Shown: positions 49,876 to 61,900 of the stretch, piece after piece
How the letters are laid out: each line of letters starts with the position of its first letter
How positions within the stretch are numbered: the first letter of the stretch is position 1
DNA from: Octopus sinensis
Lineage: Eukaryota
Assembly (NCBI RefSeq): GCF_006345805.1
Contig: NC_042997.1
Location: forward strand, 22,134,001-22,198,000
Reading direction: 5' to 3'
Length of the DNA stretch: 64,000 bases
The notes under the pieces: model-generated
Seen by the model: the letters and a program-made list of their open reading frames with translations, nothing else
The model's database searches: none
Told to the model about the DNA's origin: nothing
Program-made: the position numbers and the translations under genes

Positions 49876-50733
49876 TGATCGACCTCAATTTGGTTTGATC
49901 GTACATATATAATTATACATATATGTATATATCTATATATATATACATATATACATATATGTATATATCTATATACATACATATCTATAGATATATACAT
50001 ATATACATACATATAGATATATACATATATACATACATATATATATACATACATACATACATATATGTATACATATATACATACATATATATATACATAT
50101 ATACATACATATATATATACATATATACATACATATGTATATATATACATATATACATATATACATATATAGATATATATATATACATATATAGATATAT
50201 ATATATACATATATATATATATTATATATGGGGCTAGCATGGAAAGCGGACGTTAAACGATGATGATGATGATGATGATGATTATATAGAGTGCATTATT
50301 ACACATAAATGCCACACGCTAGGAGGGACTTTTAAAGTCATAACTACCAAAAATAAACAAATCATACTGAATGCAATTCTCAAAGCGAGTCATTTAAAAA
50401 CAGAATTTAGTTCCAAATCACCTGTGATTTTGCAAATAACGTATTATCTACGTCTCTTGCTCTTCAGTGAAATGAATTCAAAATATATCATGAATGAATA
50501 AAACCAACATACCAGGTGGAACCAGACAGACAACCGTCGCCTCCATCGTAGCACATGAAAATGTTCACCCCTCATATATTTATGTAAATGGCGGGCTTTT
50601 TCGAATTGCATTTTGGTAAGAAACATGCATATACATATATATATATATACATATATATATATACATATATACATATACATATATATATATATTATATATA
50701 TATATATACATATATACATACATATATATATAT

Positions 50734-51043
50734 ATCACCGTGATCACCATGACCGACCAGGCTATCAGATGTTGCTACACGTCGCTGGTCACAATGTGCT
50801 TTGCATTGTTGTAGCCTCTAAATGACGCCACCCTGCTGGCTAATTGAGCAGGCCAACAGAAGAAAGAGTGAGAGTAAGTTGTGGTGAAAGAGTACAGCAG
50901 GGATCGCCACCACCCCCTGCCGTATCCTCGTGGAGCTTTAAGTGTTTTCACTCAATAAACACTCACAACATCCGGTCTGGGAATTGAAACCGCGATCCTA
51001 CAACCGCAAGTCTGCTGCCTTAACCATTGGGCCATTGCGCCTC

Positions 51044-51046
<3 letters not shown>
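50734..51046 (-). mobile_element. SINE family B
   Basis: Reverse complement of the 4076 and 37589 copies. Confidence 0.9.
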
Positions 51047-51083
<37 letters not shown>

Positions 51084-51104
51084 CACACACACATACATAT
51101 GCAT

Positions 51105-52065
51105 TTTTTTTGGGGAGTTTTAGGTCAGAGCTGTGGCCATGCTGGAGCACCGTCATTTTGCTTCACTATTATTACTCAGAGCCTCCTCTAACATGTGGCA
51201 CTTGGTGTAGAATGAAGTTTGATGTAGCTACCCTCATGTGCACCTCTTCCTGTGAGGCAGGTTCTGAACAGTTGGGACTCTCAACAGTTAAGATGTCCAG
51301 CTTTGATTTTAAAACAACTACATCTACTTTGAGCAGGTTTCTCAGGCTGTTTGGGGGAATATTAAAAAGCTGCAGGTCCCTGAAACCCAGGTTGTTGCAG
51401 TAACTGGTCCTGAAGCATGATAGCATTGCTGCGATATTTGGCACTGTGCATTGTCGACCCGCTCTGGCATTGGTGTAGCTTTCAATGCCAAATTTTGGAA
51501 CAATTCCTTCCAGGATCTTGCAGATGTATATTTCTACATACCTTTCCTGTCTTCACTCCAGGGAGTAGAGTCTTAGCTGTTTCAGCCTTTCTCAGTAGCT
51601 GAGCTGTTGTAAAGAGACGATTTCTTTGTGAAGCTTCGCTGGATTGCTTCAAGGTCCACTGTTAATTTTATACTGTTGGATGGCCATAGCTGAGAGCAGT
51701 AAGCCAGGCGGCTGAGGACGAATGTCCTCAAGAGGACCATCATGGTTTCTTTATCTCTGGTTCTGAAAGTTCTTAGGATCCAGCCAGCCAACTGTCTGCA
51801 GTTTGTGGCCATCCTGGTGATGTGCATTTGGAAAGAGGTATCATCACGCATGTCGATATCCATGTCCCTCACTGATTTAGGCTCTGGGATTGTATTTCCC
51901 TGTGGACCAATGTACCTTGTAAGTTTCATATTCAGTTTTGGACACAGGTAGCAGAGGGCTTGGAATTTTTCAGCATTAAACTGCATATTATTATCCTCAA
52001 CCCATCTGTAAATTAAGTCCAAATCTTGCTGCAGGCGTGCAATATTGCTGAGGTTCTGAATTCCT
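51105..52065 (-). mobile_element. CR1-group LINE 3' fragment (family 2)
   Basis: QDLDLIYRWVEDNNMQFNAEKFQ..GWILRTFRTRDKETM..LEAIQRSFTKK; tail cggtgctccagcatggcc. Confidence 0.88.
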
Positions 52066-52325
52066 GTGCAGGTGTCACGTAAAAAACGCCATTTGAGCGT
52101 GGCCGTTGCCAGTACCGTCTGACTGGACCTCATGCCGGTGGCACATAAAAGCACCCACTACACTCTCGGAGTGGTTGGCATTAGGAAAGGCATCCAACTG
52201 TAGAAACTCTGCCAGATCAAGATTGGAGCCTGGTGCAGCCATCTGGTTTGCCAGTCCTCAGTCAAATCGTCCAACCCATGCTAGTATGGAAAGCGGACGT
52301 TAAATGATGATGATGATGATGATGA
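52066..52325 (+). mobile_element. Element G copy
   Basis: About 1.5 units of the internal repeat; ends gcggacgttaaa(tga)n. Confidence 0.85.
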
Positions 52326-52460
52326 TATGTACATATATTTACATATGTATATATTTATGTACATATATATACATATATATGTACATATATATATACACAT
52401 ATGCAAATATATATGTACATGTACATATATATATATATATATATACATATGTACATATAT

Positions 52461-52700
52461 CATCATCATCATCATCATTGTTTAACGGCCGTTTTCCATG
52501 TTACCATGGGTTGGACGGTTCAACTGGGGTCTGGGAAGCCAGGAAGCTGCACCTTGCTCCAGTCTGATCTGGCAGTGTTTCTACAGCTGGATGCCCTTCC
52601 TAACGCCAACCACTCCGTGAGTGTAGTGGGTGCTTTTTACGTGCCAGGGGAAGCTGGCAGCGGCCACAATCGGTTGGTGCTTTTTACATGCTACTGGCAC
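52461..52700 (-). mobile_element. Element G copy (inverted partner of 52066-52325)
   Basis: (cat)n followed by the reverse complement of the G body. Confidence 0.85.
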
Positions 52701-53005
52701 ATACGTATATATATATATATATTATATATATATATATATATATAATATATATATATAATATATATATATATATGTATATATTTAACTTTATAATACTTTT
52801 TGATAGTTATATATATTTAAAAAAAAATTTTTTTTTTTATTTATAAATATAAATGTAAATTAGTAATTTTAAATTTAAATAATTTAAATTTTAAATTTTA
52901 TATCTTATATATTTTGTAAATTATATTAATTATTTTTATTTTTATGTTTTGGTTTATGTTTTTCACTGTTTGATTTGCCTAATAGTGGTTTTATCTCTAA
53001 TTTAA

Positions 53006-53043
<38 letters not shown>

Positions 53044-53119
53044 CTTTGATAAGTTTCAGCTAGTATAGGCCCAGACCATGTCTAACTTAATAGCACCACC
53101 TTGTGAAGTCTTTTAATCA

Positions 53120-54210
53120 TATATGGGGCCACCTACAATGACACACAAATAGTGAGCTGTGTTCCACAAGGCACTGTTCTGGGACCACTACTGTTCATAA
53201 AGACCCTCTCACATATGCTCTCAGCCACTCCGAGATCCATGATCACAAGTTATGCAGATGATACAAAAGTCTTCCTGGTGATACAGAACCCTGAAGATGC
53301 TATGTACCTGCTGTGTGAACTGGATGAAATATACAAGTGTGTTGAAAAGAATAGCATGCAGTTTAATGCTGAAAAGTTTCAAACCTTGTACTATCAGCAT
53401 GCAAAACTAAATGCAATACCCATTAAATACACAGGACCTGGAGGGATTGCAATCCCAGACACACAACCAGTGCAAGACCTGGGCATTTACTTGATTGATG
53501 ATGCATCCTTCCATGTGCATGTTGCTAAGTTGGCAATGAAATGCAGGCGGCTGATCAGATGAATTCTTAGAATTCTTAGATGGCCCTCTTGAGAACACTT
53601 ATTCTAAGCCACTTTGACTATTGCTCTCAGCTATGGTCACCAACCAGTGTCAGATTAATTGCAGAACTTGAGTTAATCTAATGAAGCTACACAAAGAAGA
53701 TAGCTTCTATGCAGCATATAAGCTACTGGGAAAGGCTCAAGAGATTGACTCTATTCCTTAGCATGCAGGCATGAAAAATATGCCATAATATACATCTGGA
53801 AGATCCTGGAGGGACTTGTCCCAAACTTTGGCATTGAGAGTTACACTAATACTAGAACAGGGTGCCACTGCAGAGTGCCAAGGATTCTATATTAGCCCTC
53901 AAGATATAAAAGATACTCAACAACCTGGGCTTCAGGGGACCACATCATTTCAATATCCTCCTGAAGGACCTGAAAGACCTGCATGGGATTGATGTAGGTG
54001 TTTTCAAAACAAAACTGGACTTCTTACTGTCAAGAGTCCCAGATGAGCCAACTTCACAGCATGAAGTGCAGATGAGGGCAGCAGCATCAAATTCTCTCAT
54101 GCACCAAATGTCAATTTCTAAAAAGAATTAGTGAAGCAAAATTATGTAGCAACACCAAATGGCGGTGCTTCCACATAAACACAGCTCATGAGCTGAAACT
54201 AGATCAAATC
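53120..54210 (+). mobile_element. CR1-group LINE 3' fragment (family 2), degenerate
   Basis: VPQGTVLGPLLFI, YADDTK and MQFNAEKFQ; 3' tail ggcggtgc..cagctcatgagctgaaactagatcaaatc. Confidence 0.9.
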
Positions 54211-55087
54211 ACATCAAATCATATGTACATATATATACATATGTACATGTATATACGTACATATATACATATGTACAAATATGTATGTACATATATATAC
54301 ATATGTACATATACATATGTACATATAATATATACATATGTGCATATATATGTGTACATATATATACATATGTACATATATATGTATATACAATCATCAT
54401 CATCATTGTTTAACATCTGCTTTCCATGCTGGCATGGATTGCACAGTTTGACTGAGGTTTGGCAAACCAGGCTCCACTCCAAACTGGCACAGTTTCTACA
54501 GCTGGATGCCCTGCCTAACATCAACCATATATGTATATATATTTATACACATGACTCGGGCTCAGAAGTTACAGCCCGAGTTGTTATCTATAATCATAAA
54601 AATTGAAAGTAATTCAAATTCAAGGGTTTCTTGAAACAGAAAGTTTTTATAGAGATTAGGATTTAAATTCCAATCTATGAAAAGTTTCCGTTCTACGATA
54701 TTCTTAAAGGAATGAAAAATTATCCAGCAACTTGGGCTAATACAAACAAGCCTGGAAGGTGTAAAAGACTAGGCTAGCATCTCTTGTCAAGAGTACGGAT
54801 GACATCCAGATTGCTGATGTTTGTTGTGCACTCTGCTGTCATTATTTGATTGCTGTTATTCTCTGCATCTATATGTAAAGATCAGTTATGTTTTGCAGGT
54901 TTGCTTTATTATTACCCTTGACTTAGAAATGGATAAAGGCATAATGCTAGTTATAAAAAATAAGCCATTTGGGGGTAGAAATATTGCGGGAAACATGAAA
55001 TCCTTCGAGCAGGCATGTGTTTTATGCAAAATCTGTGATGAGCATGAGTGATGAAATATGTGATGAGCCCAAGTGGTGCTGATGACC

Positions 55088-55481
55088 TGGTGTTGTGTGG
55101 TAAGCGGCTTGCTTACCAACCACATGGTTCTGGGTTCAGTGCCACTGTGTGGCACCTTGAGCGAGTGTCTTCTACTATAGCCTTGGGCCAACCAAAGCCT
55201 TGTGAGTGGATTTGATAGACAGAAACTGAAAGAAGCCCATCGTATACATATATGTATGTGTGTGTATATGTTTGTGTGTCTGTGTTTGTCCCCACAACAT
55301 TGCTTGACAACCAATGCTGGTGTACTTACATCCCCGTAACTTAGCAGTTCAGCAAAAGAGACTGATAGAATAAGTACTAAGCTTACAAAGAATAAATCCT
55401 GGGGTCGATTTGCTCGACTAAAGATGGTGCTCCAGCATGGCTGTAGTCAAATGACTGAAACAAGTAAAAGAATAAAAGAAT
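55088..55481 (+). mobile_element. SINE family A
   Basis: Head, short microsatellite and tail gtagtcaaatgactgaaacaagtaaaagaat. Confidence 0.9.
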
Positions 55482-55483
55482 AT

Positions 55484-55531
<48 letters not shown>

Positions 55532-55910
55532 GTAGTGGAATATGAAATAGAAAATCCTTGATACATTATCATATATTTGAAAAAATGAATAGAAATGACT
55601 TTTCTGGTAATTTTTCCACTTTACTAATTAGATGTTTATAAGTTTACAAAAGATGTAAAGTATAATTATGGATGTGGAAAAATTATCAGAAATATGTATA
55701 TATATATATCATCATCATCATCATTTAACATCCATTTTCCATGCTAGCAAGAGTTGGACGGTTTGACCGGGGTCTGGGAGGCCAGGAGGCTGCACCAGGG
55801 GCCAGAGTGTGTATATGTATGTATATATATGTGTATAAATATATGTATATATATATGCATAAATATATGTATATATATATGTGCATATACATGTATATAG
55901 TATATGTGTG

Positions 55911-55941
<31 letters not shown>

Positions 55942-56501
55942 GACATGTGACAGACTTGGTGTTTGTAGCTGACAGTGCTTAAAACAGAGAAATGCATATG
56001 TCCAATGATCCAATGATGTCATTCACAGTCTACTACATGTTTTCAAAAATGTCTTCTAGGAAGAAATGTTTCTTCTAGGACTATTTTCACAGCTACATGT
56101 CAACTTACATCTTAATGCACTCAAAAGGATTAAATTTGATATTACATGAATTTATATATTTATATATATTCATATATATTTAGATATGAAAATAAATCAG
56201 GTGCCTTTACAAATAGTATCTTTTGTTTACCTTGTCTATGAAGGCATGTGTTGACTTTTTATTGTTTTAAGGGAAACAAATAAGGGTTGGTGGCAGATAG
56301 GGCATCCAAGTGGAGAAAATTCAACATTAATGAAGGCTGGGACATACAAAGATGGAAAGTAAATGTTGAAATGAGGATGAAAATGATGATGAATATAAAT
56401 GTGTGTTTGTGTGTGTGTAAATGGTGATGATGTATGTATGTATTACACTATTAGAAGAGTGATGGTAGTGAATTTGAGGTTTCAGCCTGCTAATATTCCT
56501 A

Positions 56502-56796
56502 GTGGAGGCGCAATGGCCCACTGGTTAGGGCAGTGGACTCGCGGTTTTGATCTCCTGACCAGGCGTTGTGTTTATTGAGTGAAAGCACCTAAAGCCCCAC
56601 AAGGCTCTGGCAGGTGGTGGTGGCGACCCCTGTTGTACTCTTTCGCCCCAACTTTCTCTCACTCTTTCTTCCTGTTTCTTGAGTAACACTGCGATAGACT
56701 AGCGTCCCATCCAGCTAGGGGGAATACATATGCCATAGAAACCGGAAAACCGGGCCCATGAACCTGGCTAAGCTTGCAAAAGGGCGCATAAAAAAA
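56502..56796 (+). mobile_element. Chimeric SINE: family B head/body + family C tail
   Basis: B sequence runs to ctttcttcctg (about 56675), then gagtaacactgcgatagact..aaagggcgcat of family C. Confidence 0.85.
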
Positions 56797-57314
56797 TATG
56801 CCTACTGACCTATCTAAAGACTCCATACTTCTTATATGTACTCTTATGCATTTGTCCAAAACAATCATCTGGCATCTCTTAAGAACTTGTTCAGTTCCCT
56901 AAATTTTGATAATGTAACAAAATGTAGTGCTCAAATGTATGAGAAGCTAAATAGCAGAGTGTGTAGTGGCAGCACCTAAAGGAGTAATAGCTATACCTTT
57001 ATGATGACAGATTTTAACAAACAATAGACAGATCAGAAATGTATTTCCAGTTTCAGCAGAAACTTCAAGGAAGTAAATTCCAGCCTCTTGTTGCTGAATA
57101 GACTGCTTTCTTGTCTACAGTGCATTTGAGTTCATTATTATTGACATTGTTGTTAATGTGTGAACATTGTATGGTGTTTTTCTCAGAATTTTTGTTGAAA
57201 GATTATTCTAGCTAAGTTGAAGGAGGCCATAAGTTTGAGGTTCTTGGCCATTTACATGCTTCAGCGTGTTCTCAATGTTAATGAGGGCCACACTGTAGAT
57301 TACATCTATGGAAA

Positions 57315-57523
57315 GCGGCAAGCTGGGCGAAATGCATAGCCGTATTTCGTTTGCCATTACATTCTGAGTTCAAATTCTGCTGAGGTCGACTTTGCCTTTC
57401 ATCCTTTTGGGGTCGATAAATTAAGTACCAGTTACGCATTGGGGTCGATGTAATCAACTTAATCCGTTTGTCTATCCTTGTTTGTCCCCTCTGTGTTTAG
57501 CCCCTTGTGAGTAATAAAGAAAC
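57315..57523 (+). mobile_element. SINE family F long-tail form
   Basis: Small head deletion; ends tttgtcccctctgtgtttagccccttgtgagtaataaagaaac. Confidence 0.88.
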
Positions 57524-58890
57524 AGATTACATCCACGGAGTATTTCTGTTGATTTTAATGACAAATTCCTTGAGATTACTACATAGATGAAGAACTTGCT
57601 TTAAAGAATATCAGAAACCTCTGCAGATTTGAGGAATCAGTTTGATTGGAGTGATAACTATTTGTTAACCAGATCAATATGTGGCAATCCCCCGCTTTTC
57701 TTTTTTTTTTTTTTTTCAGTATTAAAAATACATTTCACCTTACCATTTCAAATATTTGGCACTTAGTAATCAAATCCATTATCTTATTCAGTTTTAAGCA
57801 GAAAACTCTGCATACCAAAAAGTGTATATTTGCCCCGGGGAAATCACTTCTTGAATTTCTTAGCAATTAGAGTCACAGGTAAAAGTAATGGAGATTCCTG
57901 ATTGGTCAAAATGACAAATGCATGTCATTACTTCCAGTATTCATTCATGCATGTATCAAGGACTGCTAGAAAAACTTAAATGAAGAAAGCATATCTGACC
58001 AAGCTCTCTTCCAGCTACATCATTATTGATTACATCCTATAAATGCATTTATGTCTACTCTCAGCTATTTTGATGAGTTGTAATGCAGCACAATCTTTCC
58101 AGTTGCTTCTTAGCAAGCATGTCCACTACATACTGATAGAAGAGAGATTAACTTCAGTACAGGTGGTTGAATATCTCAAGCCATGAAAGTTTGGGCTCAG
58201 AAGAGGAGAAAATAAAAAAAAGAGAGAGAAAACGAAACAGATGATAATAGAGGGAATATGAGAGATTGGTCAAAGAAAAAGAACGGAAGCAACAAAAGGC
58301 AACAAGAAGTAAAATACAAGGATTCAGCACTGTGGTAGCAGCAAATATGAGGCAATAAAAAAGAGGGGGAAGAAAATTACTGCTACCACCATCACAAACT
58401 AACTAGAATTGTTAAGTGTATATACTGTAGCAAGTGAGATTTTTGACGTTTTTGACAGAAACCTTCCTCAAGATGGAAATATGAAAAAGGAAAAAAATTG
58501 AAGATTTTCATTATTAGAGTAACAGACAACAACTAGTAGAGAATGCAAAACAATACGAGCGCGCATATGTAAACAGGAAGTAATGTATGCGAGAGAAAGA
58601 ATGTATGTATGTCCGTGTGTACGTACTTATATATGTACGCGTGTGCTTGTATATTTATGTATGCATGTATATGTGTAATTTTATATCCATGAGGTTTTAT
58701 ATTGATATATATATACAATACATATTTGTGAGTGTATATGTATGTATATAAAATGTCCGCCTTATGTTTATGATATACATACACGTAAGTTAGATCTGTA
58801 TAATGTGTATAATGAAAAAATGTACTTGCCTAGAGAGAGAGGGGGGGACAGACAGACAGAAAGCAGTGTGACCGGAGATAAAGAATACGC

Positions 58891-58938
58891 ACACCACACG
58901 TTTTCGACGGTTAGGGTTAGGCCGAAAACGGGTAGTGT
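58891..58938. other. Inverted repeat with telomere-like loop
   Basis: CGTTTTCG (58899-58906) / CGAAAACG (58923-58930) around acGGTTAGGGTTAGGc. The stem extends to 16 bp with 2 mismatches. Confidence 0.8.
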
Positions 58939-61900
58939 TCACATTCTTTACCTTCGCCGCAGTGTGTACACATTTTCAAGATGTGTATGCGCACATGTAG
59001 TGTTTGTGTATGTTAAGTGGGTGCGCCAGCGTTATTTTCTATAAATTGTATCGAACTAACCTGCCTATGTCTTGCAGAAAGCTAATTTCCAGCAAATCAG
59101 TTGCGCAAGCAGGCCGAATAGAAACTATGTAATAAATAAAACTATGATTACGTAGTTATATCACAGCCTTTTCTCTCACGCACGCACAATACACACATTG
59201 TAGTTTTCCTTTCAGAAAAATTACGTCAGCTTCCTTTGTGTGAAAGTTTTTTTTTTGGTTTCTTTTTTATTTCCAATTCTTTAATAAAATGTTGTTTTTT
59301 TTTTGTTTTTTGCTTGTGCGTGTTATGCTTAAAATAGTACAATAGCGAAGTCAGGATGCAATGAGGAAACACTTGAAAAAGGAAGTGGCTTCTAAATTCA
59401 AACCTCGTCCAAATCGAAAACGGTTTCCACTGTTTCTTTTATGCCTCTCACCTTCGGAAAAGGAATAAATGCCGCAATTTCCTGTTTCCTTCTTGTGTAA
59501 AAATAACTTCACTCTCCTCTCCTATCTTATATAATTAATATATCATCACGAGCCAATTGAAAGCAAATCTTACCCTACTGTCTTAAAGGATATATCGGAC
59601 AATGTTGTCACTTAAACGCAGAGAAAGACGAGATGGTCACAGATGGAACATCTTTGATCTGTGGCCTGTTTGATTAGGGGCTGCATTGTTGCTAAATAAC
59701 GATATATAAACAAACCATCATTAAGCCGGCTCCGTAGCAACTTTTATTTATGTCGCTGATGTCCTTGAAAAAATATATAACATGAACGTCTCAAATTAAT
59801 TTTCTAGTTTCCGAAAAGGTGGAAACAGAGAAGGGGGCCAAGAGATAATAACTAAATAGTTTGCGGGTTTTAACAAGGGGATAAATTATATTTATCAAGG
59901 CGCATTTAACAAGATTTAAGAGATGCTTTATGTTATTGCATGCTTGCGCGCGTGTGCGTGTGTCACGCCATGCATGAGTTGTGAATTTAGTTATTTTATC
60001 TGTATTGTATAGGGATCTATTTTTAGCATATATTTTCTGCTAACGATAATATATTATTAATACAATAAGGGCCAGGGGAACATTAATGTGAGTTGGCAAA
60101 GGGAATCCTTAATGAATTTTAGATACTGGTTGAAAAAGTACCAAATTGATTCATTATTTGTCTAATTATCTATTTACCTAATTTACCAATTTGTATAATT
60201 ATCCTAATGATCTGTTTACCTAATTTGGCTTAAAGAGTCTATATTTTTTTCGTGAAAGACAACAAAGGGGAAAATTGTATCGTTCGCGCCGCAAGTCAAT
60301 ATTGATTTTGCAAGCCTATGATCAACCAGTACTCTAGCCGTAACTATCTTCTCTTTTAAGGGATCTAAGACAACATTAGCGAACGTATACTTATTTGTTT
60401 AAGACGTTGAGAAAAGATTTCAGGGAGAGTTAGCTGCTATTTTTAAGAAGTCAAATAAACACCACCACCACCACCCCCTCACATACAGGCTCCTTTGACT
60501 TATGACATACCATGACACTATCGGAGTAATTGACTTGAGATTCCTAGGGAGCCTACTCTCGGCTCTACTGGGGATACCTGTCACACAAATATCATTGATG
60601 CAGTAGGTTACGGAGCCTTAGTAGATGGTTTTATTTTGTCTTGCTGTTAACGATCAAATTGAACAGCAAGATTGAGAAGGAATTTCGTTTCTTTCTTCTT
60701 TTTTTTTATCCGTTTTAATCAATATGAATCAGTGTCATTTGTTTTTTCTTTCTTCTCTCTTTCTTTTTAAAGGTTTATCTATAATAATTTCTTAGCGTAG
60801 AGCTTAATGAGATTATATTTAAGAACAGGGGCTTGCAATGTTCGTCCCTTTCGCAAGCGAATTAGCTAGTGAAGAGAAAGAAACTAATGCTACGATGATT
60901 AGGAATTCTCAAACCAGATCTTTGTCGTGGTATTGGAATAGACGTAAAGACATAAGCGATAGTCCAGCTTATACTGCAAAAATCCGTATGTAAATCATTC
61001 TTGCAAGATTTCTTTCAAAGAGACCGATTAAATTCGTGTCAGCGAGAGATTTGTTGCAGACGCCAGCTCTACTAATCAACCACAAACACTGGTTTCTCTG
61101 ACTCATTGCAAATTTGCATGCACACGGCTCAACTGCAATGTAATATAAGCTGTCACATAACTGTTTCAATGTTTTTCAGCCAACCAGATTGCTTAGTTTG
61201 GGGAGCATTTGGTAATTTCTTGAAGAATTCTATGAGTTTCTTCTGAATTATAAAAGGAGATATTTGATGTTTTCATTTAGACTCTATCTTCTGCCAGCTG
61301 TTTTTATGCTTCTTGGCTTCGCTATGAAGACATTTTATCTCGCACCTTTTCTCTCCTACATTTCACTCTTGTTTTCACTCGTTCGATTTGTTAGTGTAAA
61401 GAACCGTATAGTCACATTCATATCTTGGAATGTAGTTCCCAGTAACTTGACAGGTTGTCGTTAGAGACTTCAAAAGAATACCTACTCTCTCTATACCTCC
61501 CTCTGAAACACACACTGTCACATTTACACATGTATTGCGATACACTCAAAGAACACGTTTCAGTAAAAACGTGTGTGTTCTTTCCACTAGTAACTCTCTT
61601 GATTGCTGTTTATTTTTAAAGAACATACTCGCTAGGCCTGTTGTGATTAATCTGCTATCATTAGAGTAGCGAGCTGGCAGAACTGTTAACTGCATCGGAC
61701 AAAATGCTAGCGGCATTCTGAGTTCATTCTTACGTAGTCGATGAAACAAGCACCAGTTGAGCTCTGGGGTTGATATAATTTGACTTCTACCTCCCTTCAA
61801 AATTACAAGCCTTGTGCCAAAATTTGAAACAATTATTATTATTAGCGTTAATTAATAATCTCGATATCGGTTTTATTTTTGCTCATGACTTCCATAATTT

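Noticed and set aside
48796-49912. Long ORFs (271, 303 and 189 aa) over the array
   Set aside because: They are frame-cycling translations of a stop-poor 61/62-bp repeat, with no splice or domain evidence.
51582-52154. 190-aa ORF as a novel fusion gene
   Set aside because: Antisense element G sequence happens to be in frame with a broken LINE RT fragment.
2208-59044. Dozens of ORFs rich in YI, CV, HT, YLSI, poly-I/N or ER
   Set aside because: They are translations of (TA)n, (TG)n, (TACA)n, (GATA)n, (ATT)n and (GA)n microsatellites.
59360-59470. Short ORF MRKHLKKEVASKFKPRPNRKR.. with GGAAGT motifs
   Set aside because: It ends in a stop with no donor site. It could be enhancer sequence, but this is not supportable.
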